Assembly: GCA_910585645.1 (NCBI GenBank)
Contig: CAJUFP010000002.1
Coordinates: 23,170 to 87,169, forward strand
DNA from: an uncultured Hungatella sp.
GTDB lineage: Bacteria > Bacillota > Clostridia > Lachnospirales > Lachnospiraceae
DNA: 64,000 nt
Direction of reading: 5' to 3'
How positions within the stretch are numbered: the stretch's first letter is position 1; the number at the start of each line of letters is the position of its first letter. Shown one piece after another: positions 8,533-19,300 of the stretch. The position numbers and the translations under genes are program-made. Below the pieces are notes generated by a model, which was not told the origin of the DNA, did no database searches, and was given only the letters and a program-made list of their open reading frames with translations.

Positions 8533-8837
8533 TGGCTAGATGCCCGCCGTTCACTTCTGGAGGCTTCAATCTCGGCATTGATCTCATCTAGTGTCATATC
8601 TGACAGGCCATTCTTTTTAGAGGCTTCTCCAATTTCGACCATAGCACGGTATCCTCGCTCAGCATTATAAGGAGCTTTCGGAAGTGTCATTCTGAAAGGA
8701 ATACCATTTTCCATAACTGCCCGTTTTAAAAACATTCTTACAGCAGTAGAAGTATCAATTCCTAAACGTTCAAAGACCTGGGCAGCCTCGTCCTTCAATG
8801 AATCTTCTACACGAACCTGCAATAGCGAAGTAGCCAT
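8529..8837 (-). CDS. RelB/DinJ-family antitoxin
   Basis: ATSLLQVRVEDSLKDEAAQVFERLGIDTSTAVRMFLKRAV is the typical RelB/DinJ ribbon-helix-helix region. ATG at 8837 has AGGGGG 7 nt upstream, so it is preferred over the track start at 8867. Confidence 0.7.
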   Translation of the reverse strand: MATSLLQVRVEDSLKDEAAQVFERLGIDTSTAVRMFLKRAVMENGIPFRMTLPKAPYNAERGYRAMVEIGEASKKNGLSDMTLDEINAEIEASRSERRASSQ

Positions 8838-8908
8838 GATAAATCCCCCTTTTCTCTTGTAAGACAATTATATTACACCGTCAGTTAAAAATCAATATTT
8901 TTTCCATT

Positions 8909-9430
8909 CTAGTTATGATATTCTTTTATTTCTCTTGATACCTTTTCCTCAATCTTCTCATACAGCACACCAAATTTTCCCCTATCATACCCCTCCGAAC
9001 TAACAAATATCACCCTCCCCCGTTCTTTCCTCTGCACCACACTCCTCCCCTCCCCAGAAATCCTCACATAAAATCCCTTCCCTTTCTTCCCTTCAATCAT
9101 CCCCTCAATCTCCTCAAAATAAATCCTGCAAGACTCATACTCCCCATCCCGAAACGGCTGCACCGCCACAAAGCAGTCCCTCTGAACCTCTAAAAAGCAG
9201 TTTACAATCGGCATAATCCGCCGCTGAATCCCCCGATACACCACCCAGATAACCATCAAAGCACCAACAGCCAGCCCCACAACAACCACCCCATATCCCC
9301 TCCAGCGCCCAGACCCAATCATCAACAGTCCCACAGACGCCAAAATCCCCAATAACGGAAAAAGAAGGAGCAGCCGCTCCTTCCAGTCCATCCTCCTATA
9401 CATCATTTCTTCAGACGGTTCCAATCTCAT
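8909..9430 (-). CDS. Hypothetical membrane protein
   Basis: Two TM helices (LLLLFPLLGILASVGLLMI, VVVVGLAVGALMVIWVV). ATG at 9430 with a GGAGGAG RBS removes the overlap with the upstream gene. Confidence 0.45.
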   Translation of the reverse strand: MRLEPSEEMMYRRMDWKERLLLLFPLLGILASVGLLMIGSGRWRGYGVVVVGLAVGALMVIWVVYRGIQRRIMPIVNCFLEVQRDCFVAVQPFRDGEYESCRIYFEEIEGMIEGKKGKGFYVRISGEGRSVVQRKERGRVIFVSSEGYDRGKFGVLYEKIEEKVSREIKEYHN

Positions 9431-9446
9431 TCGTTTCTCTCCTCCC

Positions 9447-9935
9447 TCACGCTGCTCTCCCTCCCCGGTCCCCATTCCAGTTCTCCATCACCTTCTCACA
9501 CTCCCTGATCGTCTCCTCACACAGATAATCCGAAAAATACCCGATATGGGTCTCCTCATACGGCAGATTCAGCCTCCCCGAAAGCCACACATATACCCCA
9601 TCCCTGCTCATACACCCAGCCTTCACGATCCGGTCAATGGCCCTGTGGGCACGAATCCTCTTATTCCGAAGCTCCGAATCCGCCAACGTCCCCTTAGGCT
9701 TTTTTGTTCCCTCATGAACCCCCACATAAGCCCCACACGCCGGATAGCCGCTGCACACATACAAAAGGCTCCCCTCCACAATGGTATTCTCCCCATACAC
9801 ATACTCCGCCGGCCGCAAAACCGACACCCTTCCGCAATAAGGACAAACCGGAGCCCTCACCGCTTTTGCCTCCTTCTTCCGTCCATACCCACTCTTATAT
9901 CCGCTGATCCTAGCTCCATTTCTCCTGTTCTTCAT
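9447..9935 (-). CDS. Zinc-finger protein (DUF3268-like) common on mobile elements
   Basis: CPYCG ... CSGYPACGAYVGVH Cys clusters followed by LRNKRIRAHRAIDRI. Confidence 0.5.
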   Translation of the reverse strand: MKNRRNGARISGYKSGYGRKKEAKAVRAPVCPYCGRVSVLRPAEYVYGENTIVEGSLLYVCSGYPACGAYVGVHEGTKKPKGTLADSELRNKRIRAHRAIDRIVKAGCMSRDGVYVWLSGRLNLPYEETHIGYFSDYLCEETIRECEKVMENWNGDRGGRAA

Positions 9936-10074
9936 TCCGCACTTCCCCTTTCCTTATAAACAATCACAGCCCTCTGCCAGCCCCTTCCCACATCACCAGA
10001 TCCGTCAGAACAGCCTTCTCCCTGTCACCTAATTCCATTCTAAAAAATCCCCCTTCCAAATTTCAAGGGCATTT

Positions 10075-10290
10075 CCAAAAAACTTTCCAGCTGTGCGGTT
10101 GGATGATCCAAGGATCATCCAACCCACTTATCCATTCGCAAAAACCGTGCTGACGCACTTTTACGTCTGCTAACGCAGCCGATTTTTGCTCATTGATAAG
10201 TGGGCTGCTGATTCGGAAGGTCATTTGCATTGCCATAAATCGCATGCAAATGACCTTCCGAATCGCAACCGCACAGTTGGAAAAACTTTT
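10075..10290. repeat. Nested inverted-repeat element A (three hairpins closed by an outer stem)
   Basis: Outer arms 10086-10100 ccagctgtgcggttg and 10266-10280 caaccgcacagttgg. Palindrome 10098-10121. Arms 10122-10131 and 10195-10204. Perfect 20-bp hairpin 10211-10230 / 10244-10263. Confidence 0.8.
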
Positions 10291-10354
10291 TAAACTTTCC
10301 TTACAGGGAGAAAGCCCCTCTTCCCCGGCTCCCTCCCTCCTATCAAATCACTTA

Positions 10355-13300
10355 TCAGGCAGCACCCATCCGCCTCTTTTTTCTATAATGGACATATCCA
10401 GCCGTCCCAGCCCCAGCACCCACACCGGTAATCCCGATCACCGCCGCCAGCGCCATTCCGTTCCCCTTTTTCGGCACATACACCCCTACCGCTTTCATGG
10501 TATACTGCACCGTCCCTGTCTCACTCCCCCCTTCCTTTACATAAGCAGAAACATACCGTGCCCCCATTTCCTCCGGGAATACCGCACGCCCCACATAAGT
10601 CACCGTACAGTCCCGCACCAGCTTCTTTCCCTTAGCCACCGCATTCCTGCACCGTATCCCATTTCCGTCCTCATAAGCCTCCCCGTCCCAGGAAACCGAG
10701 TCCACCTGATAATCCTCCTCACTGGCCCCAATCAATGCCAGAAGCTCCTTCTCATACCCCGTAAAATCAGGAACATCCCCATCCAGCGTGAACACTCTGT
10801 CCCCAAGCCAGTAACCTTCCAAACCATACTCATGAAATGTAACCGGAAATGAAAACGTATCCTCCCAGCGCTCCTCCCCCGACACCTGCCGGTCAGCCGC
10901 TGCCACCACTTCCATTTCCTGCCCCGTACCCTCATCCGTCACGGTAACTGAAATCTTAGAAGGAATCCGATCCAACGCCTCCACAGCCTCATACACCACT
11001 TCTTCTGTCACCGGAACCTCATGAGCCGGAATCGCCATTTCCTCAATCCAGCTTCCCTCCAGGCGATAAACCACCCCGTCCTTCTCATAAGTCTCCCCCG
11101 GCTTGTACGTCTCCGCCACATCCTTCAAAAACGGGCTGCTGGTAACTTCCAACGTCTCCTCACTTCCCCTGGCCTGCTCTTCCTTCACCACCTCCGTGCG
11201 GATCTCCGAGAGACGGTAAGCCGTACCGTCCCTCTCAATCTCCTTCTCAAACAGCTTCTGAGCCTCATCCGAATCCGGATTCTCCGTAACATACTGGTGC
11301 TCCTCATACAGATTCTCCAAAACCTCACCCTCTGTATTAGAAGCTGCCTTCACCGTAAAAGCCGGAACGCCTGCCGCCAGGAATACCGCCAGAAGAAATG
11401 CCCCGGAACGCCTTATAAACTCCCCTGCCCTTCCCACATTTCCCATTTCTTTCTTAGCAAACTCACCCAGCCCACTATTCCTTCTCTTACCAGCCTGATT
11501 GCCATGTTTCTCACAATCCTTTCCACGGTTCCCTTTCTTCCCTATCTCTTTCCATCTCCGGCCCAAACCATCGGACGCTCCGCCGCCTCCCGGCGGCGTC
11601 CCATCATCCCCTTTCTTCCTTTTCCTTCTCCAAAGCACCATTCCGACAAGCCCAGCCACAGAAGCCAGCCATACCACAAACAGCCCTGCCAGCCCGCTGG
11701 TATCCCCGGTCTTCGGCGCATGCAGAAGTTCTCCCACAGCCACATCACCGTCACCTTTCCGCTTTGTCTCATAGGAAGCCGTAATCCTGCCATAATGCTT
11801 CCGGTCAGTTATAGTACAATCCCCTATGATCGTTCCATCCTCAAAGACTGTAAAAGTAAAGACCGTCTCATTTAACTCATATCCCTCCGGAGCCACTACT
11901 TCCCTGAAATGGTATTCCCCAGGCTCCGGAACCTCAAAATACACCTTCCCGTTCTCATCACTGGTTCCCTCAAAGACCTTATTCCCATCCTTATCCGTGA
12001 TCTCAATCTCCGCTCCCGGCAGTTCCTCCGATGTGGTCACATCCTCCTTGGAAATAATCACCGTGGTTTTCTTATAGTCAGGAACCGTATCCTCCCCGGC
12101 CACCTTCCCGTCTGTCCCAACCACAAACTGATACACATTCCCATTCAGATAATACCCCTCCGGCGCCTTCGTCTCTTTGAATACATAACTCCCGCTTCCA
12201 GGCTTTTTAAACCTAACCGTTCCGTCCGCACCCGTCACGCCCTCAAAATACACGCTGCCGTCCGGCTTATAAACCGTAATCGTGGCCCCTGCTAACTGCT
12301 TCCCCGTAGCCCCGTCCACCTTATACAGTTCCATGTACTCCCTCTCCGGCTTCGGCCTGTCTCCGCCTCCACCGCCGCCTGAATGGCGGATCTTATAATT
12401 CTTCACCACAAACTCCTGAACCCCTTCCGTTTCCTTCACCTCAATCTCCTGAGGCTCCATTTTCCGGTATCCAGAAGGCGCTTTCAACTCTCTCACCGTA
12501 TACCGCCCACTCTCCAGGCCCTTAAACGCTTCCGCCTGTCCTTCCCTGGACACCCATTCCCGGATCACCTTTCCGTCCCGGTTACGCACCAACTGAAGGG
12601 TCGCCCCGCCTAACAGCTTCCCGCTGTCGCCGTCCGACTTCCCAATCTCCGCCTGAATAGGCTGGTTCCGAATCACAACCGTCTGCACCGCCTGATCTTC
12701 CCGAATCTCAACCACCAGATCCTTCATCAGCACAAATCCAACCGGTGCTTTCTTCTCCCGAATCACATAAGTCCCCGCATGGAGTCCCACAAACCGCTCC
12801 GGCTCCTTCCCGGAAACCCATTCCCGGATCACCGTCTCATCCTTGGTCCCGGCCTTCTCAACCAGCTGCAGCACAGCCCCTTCTAAGGGTTCCCCACTCA
12901 CTCCGTCCGTCTTCCGGAAATCCACCGTAATCCTCTCATCTTCCACGACCACCTCTTTCTTCGCCTCCGTCTCCGTCACCTCAAAGGTCAGGCTCTTCGC
13001 AACCGCATACCCCTCCGGCGCTTTCCTCTCCTCCAGAGTGTAACTTCCAGGCGCTAACCCCTGAAACACCTCCGGCACCTGGCCGCTGACCCACTCCCGG
13101 ATCACCGCCTGGTCCGAATTTCTCACCAGCCTCATGGAAGCACCCGTAAGAAGCTTCCCGCTCTCCTTATCCTTCTTCACCACATCCACTTCCAGCTTCT
13201 GATTCACAACCACAAAGGTCTGCACACCCGGAACATTGGTCACCACGATCTCCTGAGGCTTAGAAAGAACCAGATACCCTTCCGGCGCCTTCACTTCTTT

Positions 13301-16300
13301 CAGCATATATTTCCCTGGCATAAGCCCCAGAATCTTCTCCGGCTTCTCACCTGTAGTCCAGCCCGCAACCTTTTCCCCCTTCTCATTCCAAAGTTCCAGG
13401 ACCGCCCCGGCCACAAACTCCCTGGTCTCCATGTCCCGCTTCTCCATCGACACTTCGATCTTCCTGTTCTCCAGAGTAAACGTCTGAACCCTGTAATCCT
13501 TAACCACCGTCAGCTTAAACGGCTCCTTCGGCAGCTGATACCCCTCCGGCGCCTCCAACTCCTTCACCAGATACTCCCCGGCAGGAAGCCCCAAAAATTC
13601 CTTGGTTCCCGTCTCATCCGTCACCCATTCCCGGATCACCTTACCATCCACTACAGAAATCAACTGCAGCTTCGCTCCCGCCAAAGGCTCCTTACTCTCC
13701 GAATCCGCCTTCACAATCTCCGTCTTCGTATCATCGTCAAACATTTCCACCAGCGGAATCTCCTCCACGGTCATGTTCTCCTTCACCGTAAAATACACCT
13801 TCTCCGCCACCAGATACCCCTCCGGCGCCCTGGTTTCAATCAGCACGTACTCCCCGGGCATCAGGTATTCGATCTCATGAGGCTCATCCGTGGAAACCCA
13901 TGCTTCTACCACATCTCCCTCAACCTTCACGATCTCCCCGTCTTCCCCGGAAGTCTCCGTCACCTTCCGCACCTCCAAACTGGCTCCCAGAAGTTCCTCC
14001 TTGGTAGTCAGCGCTTTTTTAGAAATAATCACCTTGCTGGGAGCGTCCAAAGCCTGATACTCATAAGTCAGTCTGCGATACCGGTCCGTATTCACATTAA
14101 ACTGGAAGGTATGTACCCTTGTATCCAGCAGATATCCTTCCGGTGCCTTCACCTCCTGGACGCTGAAACGGTACAGACTCACAGCCCCATCCTCTCCTAT
14201 TGAACCTACAGGAACCTCACTGCTCACCGCCTGGCCCTCGTTATCCGTAATCAAAATCACCGACACGTTAGTATCCAGATTGGTAAACTTAAACCTGGCC
14301 CCTTCCAGCTTCTCCTCCGTCCTCTTCTCATCCGCCTTCACAATCTCAATCCGCCCCATAACCAGCTCATCCACCAGTTCAAACCGCTGCACCTCCATGG
14401 TATCCACAATGGCAAACGGCAGCTCCACGGCACGCACATACCCAAAAGGCGTCTGCTCCTCCACAAAATAATAAGAGCCAGCCACCGGATTCTGAAGCTC
14501 ATGAGGCCTTAAATCCCCCACTTCATACCCATCCGGAATCCGTCCCTCTTCCAGATCTTTTTTCGTATATCTTCCGTCAGCCCCGGAAATCCACCGGTCC
14601 ACCAGGTAAGCCTCATCATACTCCATGGCCGGAATCAGTTCCCCCTTATCATCCCTCAAAAGGTTCCCCTCCGTATCCGTCACAAACAGAAGATTCCCGG
14701 CTTCATCCTTCATCTGCTCTTTAGGAATGCCGCCGTCCTCCTTTGCCCGGTAAACCGACACCGTAGCTCCGGCCAGTTCCTTTCCGCCTGCCACATTCAC
14801 CTTGGAAAGCAGCACCCGGATCGGCTTATCCTCCATGGTAAAGGACTGCACTCGTTCCTTAGCCCCCACATCCAGAACCGGCACATACACCGGGTCTGCC
14901 AGAAGATACCCCACAGGCGCCTTCTCCTCCACTAGCACATATTTCCCCACCGGCAGATACTCAAACCGCAGGGCCCCGGTCTCCGTCACATAGCACACCG
15001 CTTGTTTCGTCCCAGGAATCCGCTCCACCTCATAATCATAAGCCGTATAACTGTGGCCTCCCGGAACCGTAACCGAATGGGCCGTTTTCCTCACCTCACT
15101 GCCGTCATCCGTCTGCCATTTATAAACCGCTTTCTCCCCGTCATACCGAATTTTCCCATTTTCATCATACAACGGCTCCCCGGCCTCATTCAGCACAGCC
15201 GGATAAAGGGCCAGTTCCGCCCTGTGTTCATTGTCCATGGCCTTCCCCGTAACAGCGTCCGTTTTCAGCACCTCCACCGCCGTATGGTCATCCTCCATGG
15301 CAAATCCCTGTACCTCTCCAGTCTCCAGAATGGTCACTTCCACATCCTCCGAAGTCACATACCCGGCCTCCGTGGGAACCCTTATCTCCCGCAGAATGTA
15401 ATCCCCCGGCATGATATGGTCAATCCAGTGAGGCTTACCGCCCTCCGAAACCCAGGTCTCCGCCACAATCTCCTTTCCGTCCATGTCCCGGAGAATCTCC
15501 AAATGCCATCCTCTGTCCGAATCGTCATACACCCGGTACGCCTCATATAGCGTAAGTGCAGCCCCTTCAATCTCCTCCCTGGAAGTCATATCCAGCTTGG
15601 ACACCTCCAGCTTCGTATAATCATCCTCCATGGTAAAAGACTGTAGCTCCCCGGTATCCCTCACAATCAGCCCCAAAGCCACGGACTGGACATACCCGTC
15701 TGCCAATGGAGCCGCCGTCTCCTCCAGGATATAAGCCCCCTGCTTCACCCTGGCGATCTCAAAAGCTCCCTCTTCCGGCGTTACCCACTCATTTTCCAGC
15801 CAAATGACACCGCCGTCCTCATAATAAACCGGCAGCCCGTTCTCATCCGCCACCGGCTTCAAGTCCGTATTAATGGTCTGCTTCCCATTCTCATCCACAA
15901 ACACTTCCACAGACTGGGAAATAATCTTGTCCCCGTTTTCATCCAGCGGCCACACGATCACAGCCCCATTACTGTCCGTCACATAAGCCATGCCCGTCTC
16001 CGAATCCACCATACACAGCCGGTTCCCCCAGTCGTCCAGACCGTATAAAATCCCGGTCTCCGTATCCAGCTCCGTTGGGTCATAATCCAGATCAAACCGC
16101 CACAGCTTCACCGGCGGGTTCTTCTCCTGGGTAATGTCCCATTCCTCCCGCTTATTCTTATCCGTTCCGGTCTTCCTTATATCCGTATCCACCCCGGTCT
16201 CATATGCCGTGATGTCCGTCACCGAATCAAACAGGTTCCGGGTAACCTTCACGCCCTCATACCCATGTTCCCCTGTCCGTTTCACTTCCAGTCCCTCATA

Positions 16301-19300
16301 CAAGGTAAGAGTAGCATTCGCCACATAGGGATTCCCCTTCTCCTCCAGCCGTTTCGTCACAAACCCAACCCCGGCAAACTCCCCGTTGGGCCGGTACTGA
16401 AGCTCCACATCCCCTCTGGCCTTTAACTGCTCCTCCGTCCCCTCCACCCGGTAAGTCAGGCTGTCCTGCCTCTTTTCCACCTTGTGGATCTCAATCCTGG
16501 TAGGAGCGTCCTTCACAACAATCTGGTGCATGTCCTCCGCCACGGTCTTCCCATCCGCCCCAACGGGACGCATGTACTGGTACTTCACCGCCTGAACCTT
16601 CTTGTCTTTATTTCCTTCCTCATAATACTCCACCTTATCGCTGTACACCGTAAAGGCAATGGGCTTGGACTTCACATACCCGGCCGGCGCTTCCACCTCC
16701 ACCAGCACATAGGCCCCGGCCCCAAGAGGCTGATAGGTCTCCAGATACCCCACCGTCTGTTTCTCCGTGTGGACACTCCCGTCCGGCCCGGTCACTTCCC
16801 CGTCCCGAACCGTAGAGTAAGCCTTAAAAATGCCAACCTCCGCCCCGGTATCATCCTGCATGAAAATCTGCTCCTTTTCATCATAGAGAGGCACCCCATT
16901 CCCATCAAACAGGATATCCCCGCTTCCCGTCACGCCATCGGCTCCGTCCCCGCTGACATCACGCTTTGCCGCATAAATCTTAAACAAGGCCCCGTCATGG
17001 AGAATGTTCTCCCCGGTCTCCGAATCCAGCTTCTCAATCCGCAGCCTGGAGCTGTAAAGCTCATTTTCAAAATCCGTATTGGAAAAGGAAACGAAATTAA
17101 ACCCGCCGTTCCCCTCATGCCCCGGCTCCCGGTTCCCAATGTCCCCATTGTCATTGATAACCTCTCCATACCTGGGGTCCAAAACGCTCCAGGGAATCAG
17201 GGCCTTTGCAAACTTCCGGTCAACCGCCGTGGATTTCCCGGTCATGGTCTCCACCCCGTCCAGGGTCACGCCGTAATCCGTAATCTTCCCGTCCCGGTCA
17301 TAATAAGTCTCATAATACACCCCGTCTTTCGTTCCTGCGTCCTCACTGACCGAACCATAGTGGTAGTAAGCTGCCACCGTCTCATTCTGGCAGTCCCTCA
17401 CACGGTCCGGCTCCAGCCCATACTTAAACACTTCAAAATCCCCGTCATGGTTGTGGGCGTAAATGATGTGGCTCTCCTCATTGAACCGGATCTGGTAACG
17501 CTCCATAAGCTGCTCCGGCGTCAGCCTGGAATCGTAGAGATATGACCGGTCCGGAACCTTGTCATGAACCGTCCCGTCTTTATCCACCTGGGGAATAAAG
17601 GGAATCTCCACTTCCTTGGGAGAATCAATGGCATAAGCCTTCTGAGGAATCGCCGTTGGCTGCTGCTCTACCAGCACATACACACCGTAAGGCAGCATAC
17701 GGCTCTGCCCCCAGTAATCATCCGAACCGCCGCCCCGGCTGGCATGAACCGTTGTCATATCCCCGTCCACGTCATACTTCTCCATATCCCATTCCAGGGC
17801 CAGGTCAGAAGCAAAGATCGGATTCTCCTTAAAGAATCCCTCATAGTCATAGGAGCCGTCCTCCTTCTCCTTCAGCTTCCCCGTCTTTTCCAAATCAGAA
17901 CGCAGATACAGTTTAAAATAGAACCCCGGCAGCGTCTTTGTCTCCTGCTTTCCGTTGTAGCCCCCAAACAGCACCGTAAATGGGTCCCTGTGAATCTCAT
18001 AAGTATTATGCTCATAGGAATCCAGAGCAATATCCTTGGTCACTTTGATCGCCTGCTTGATAACCCTCTCCAAAACGACAATCGGACTCACCCTGGTATC
18101 CGAATCCTCATAAACCTGGTACTGTCCCGGATAAAGGAGCACCGCATATTTCACATAGGAACCCTCATCCAGTTCCTCCTTCCGGGTACTCACATTCACC
18201 GCCGCTTCCCGATACCGGCTGATCTCCCCGTCAACCACAACCCGGAAGGTCTTTTTGCTGTTTTCCGTGCCAAAGTTCTCCCCTGATGTATCCACATGAA
18301 CCACGGAACACTTCCTGTCTCTATCATAAGATACCTTCACTGGCGTCAGAATCTCCTCAAAGGTCAGCGTCTCCTGGGTGGTGTACTGGGGCACTGTCTC
18401 CATAACCGGAACCTTCTGCCCCTGGGAATCCAGAATAAACTCCCCTTCCATATAAGTTTCATACACAGGGCTGTATACCGTCTTTAATCGGATTTCCCCG
18501 GCTTCAAGGGCTTCCCTGTCCAGTTCCCTCTTCTCCACTGTAAACCGGTATCCGTCCCTCTCATACTGATCCGCTTCATAAACCACGTAGTAATAACCAT
18601 TCTCATACTCCCTGCGGACCACCAGACGGCCAGTCCCCTTATCATAGATTGCATTCCGGTTCCCAATCCCTTTATAGCCATAGCGGATTTTTGCGTACCA
18701 GCTTCCGCCCCTCTGGCTAATCTCATCCACCTCATAAGCGTCCCAAAAGCTGTCCGAAGCACAGTACTGAAGAACTTCCTCAATTCTCTCCCCATTGGTC
18801 TGCCCCGACAGCTTTAAAAGAGTCCACGGTCCATCCGTCAGGCCGCCTTTATACCCGGAATTTAAAAGAGCCGAAGACACTTCCTGCAGGATATAATTCT
18901 GATTCATAGCCCCCGATTCCTCCAGGCCCATGTCGGAAGGGGCCTCCCTCTCAATCGCAGACACATACCGGTTCAGCCGGTTGACCGCAGTAACCGTTTC
19001 CATAAAAGGCTTGTCCGAATAAACAACATTCTCCTGGGAATCCTTCTTTATGATCTTGTTCCCATCGCCGTCCAGCTTATACTCCCCGCCTTTCGCTGTC
19101 TGGTAGATAATATTTCCCGCAGAATCCCGTTTCTCCACCCGGCTGCTCCCAGTGGCTACCTGCTCCGTCTTTGTGCCCTCTTTCTCCGTCACCTCATAAA
19201 CCGTCACTCCCTCCGGCAGCCCGGACAAAAACACATCAAAGCCCTTGGTATTAAAATAATCCACCGTAAAGTCATAGGAATTTCCCTCCCACTCATTAAT

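Noticed and set aside
10063-10245. 60-aa ORF (minus) and the start of a 219-aa ORF (plus) across inverted-repeat element A
   Set aside because: Both lie inside perfect palindromes, so the mirror-image peptides are a by-product of the repeat. No RBS is present.
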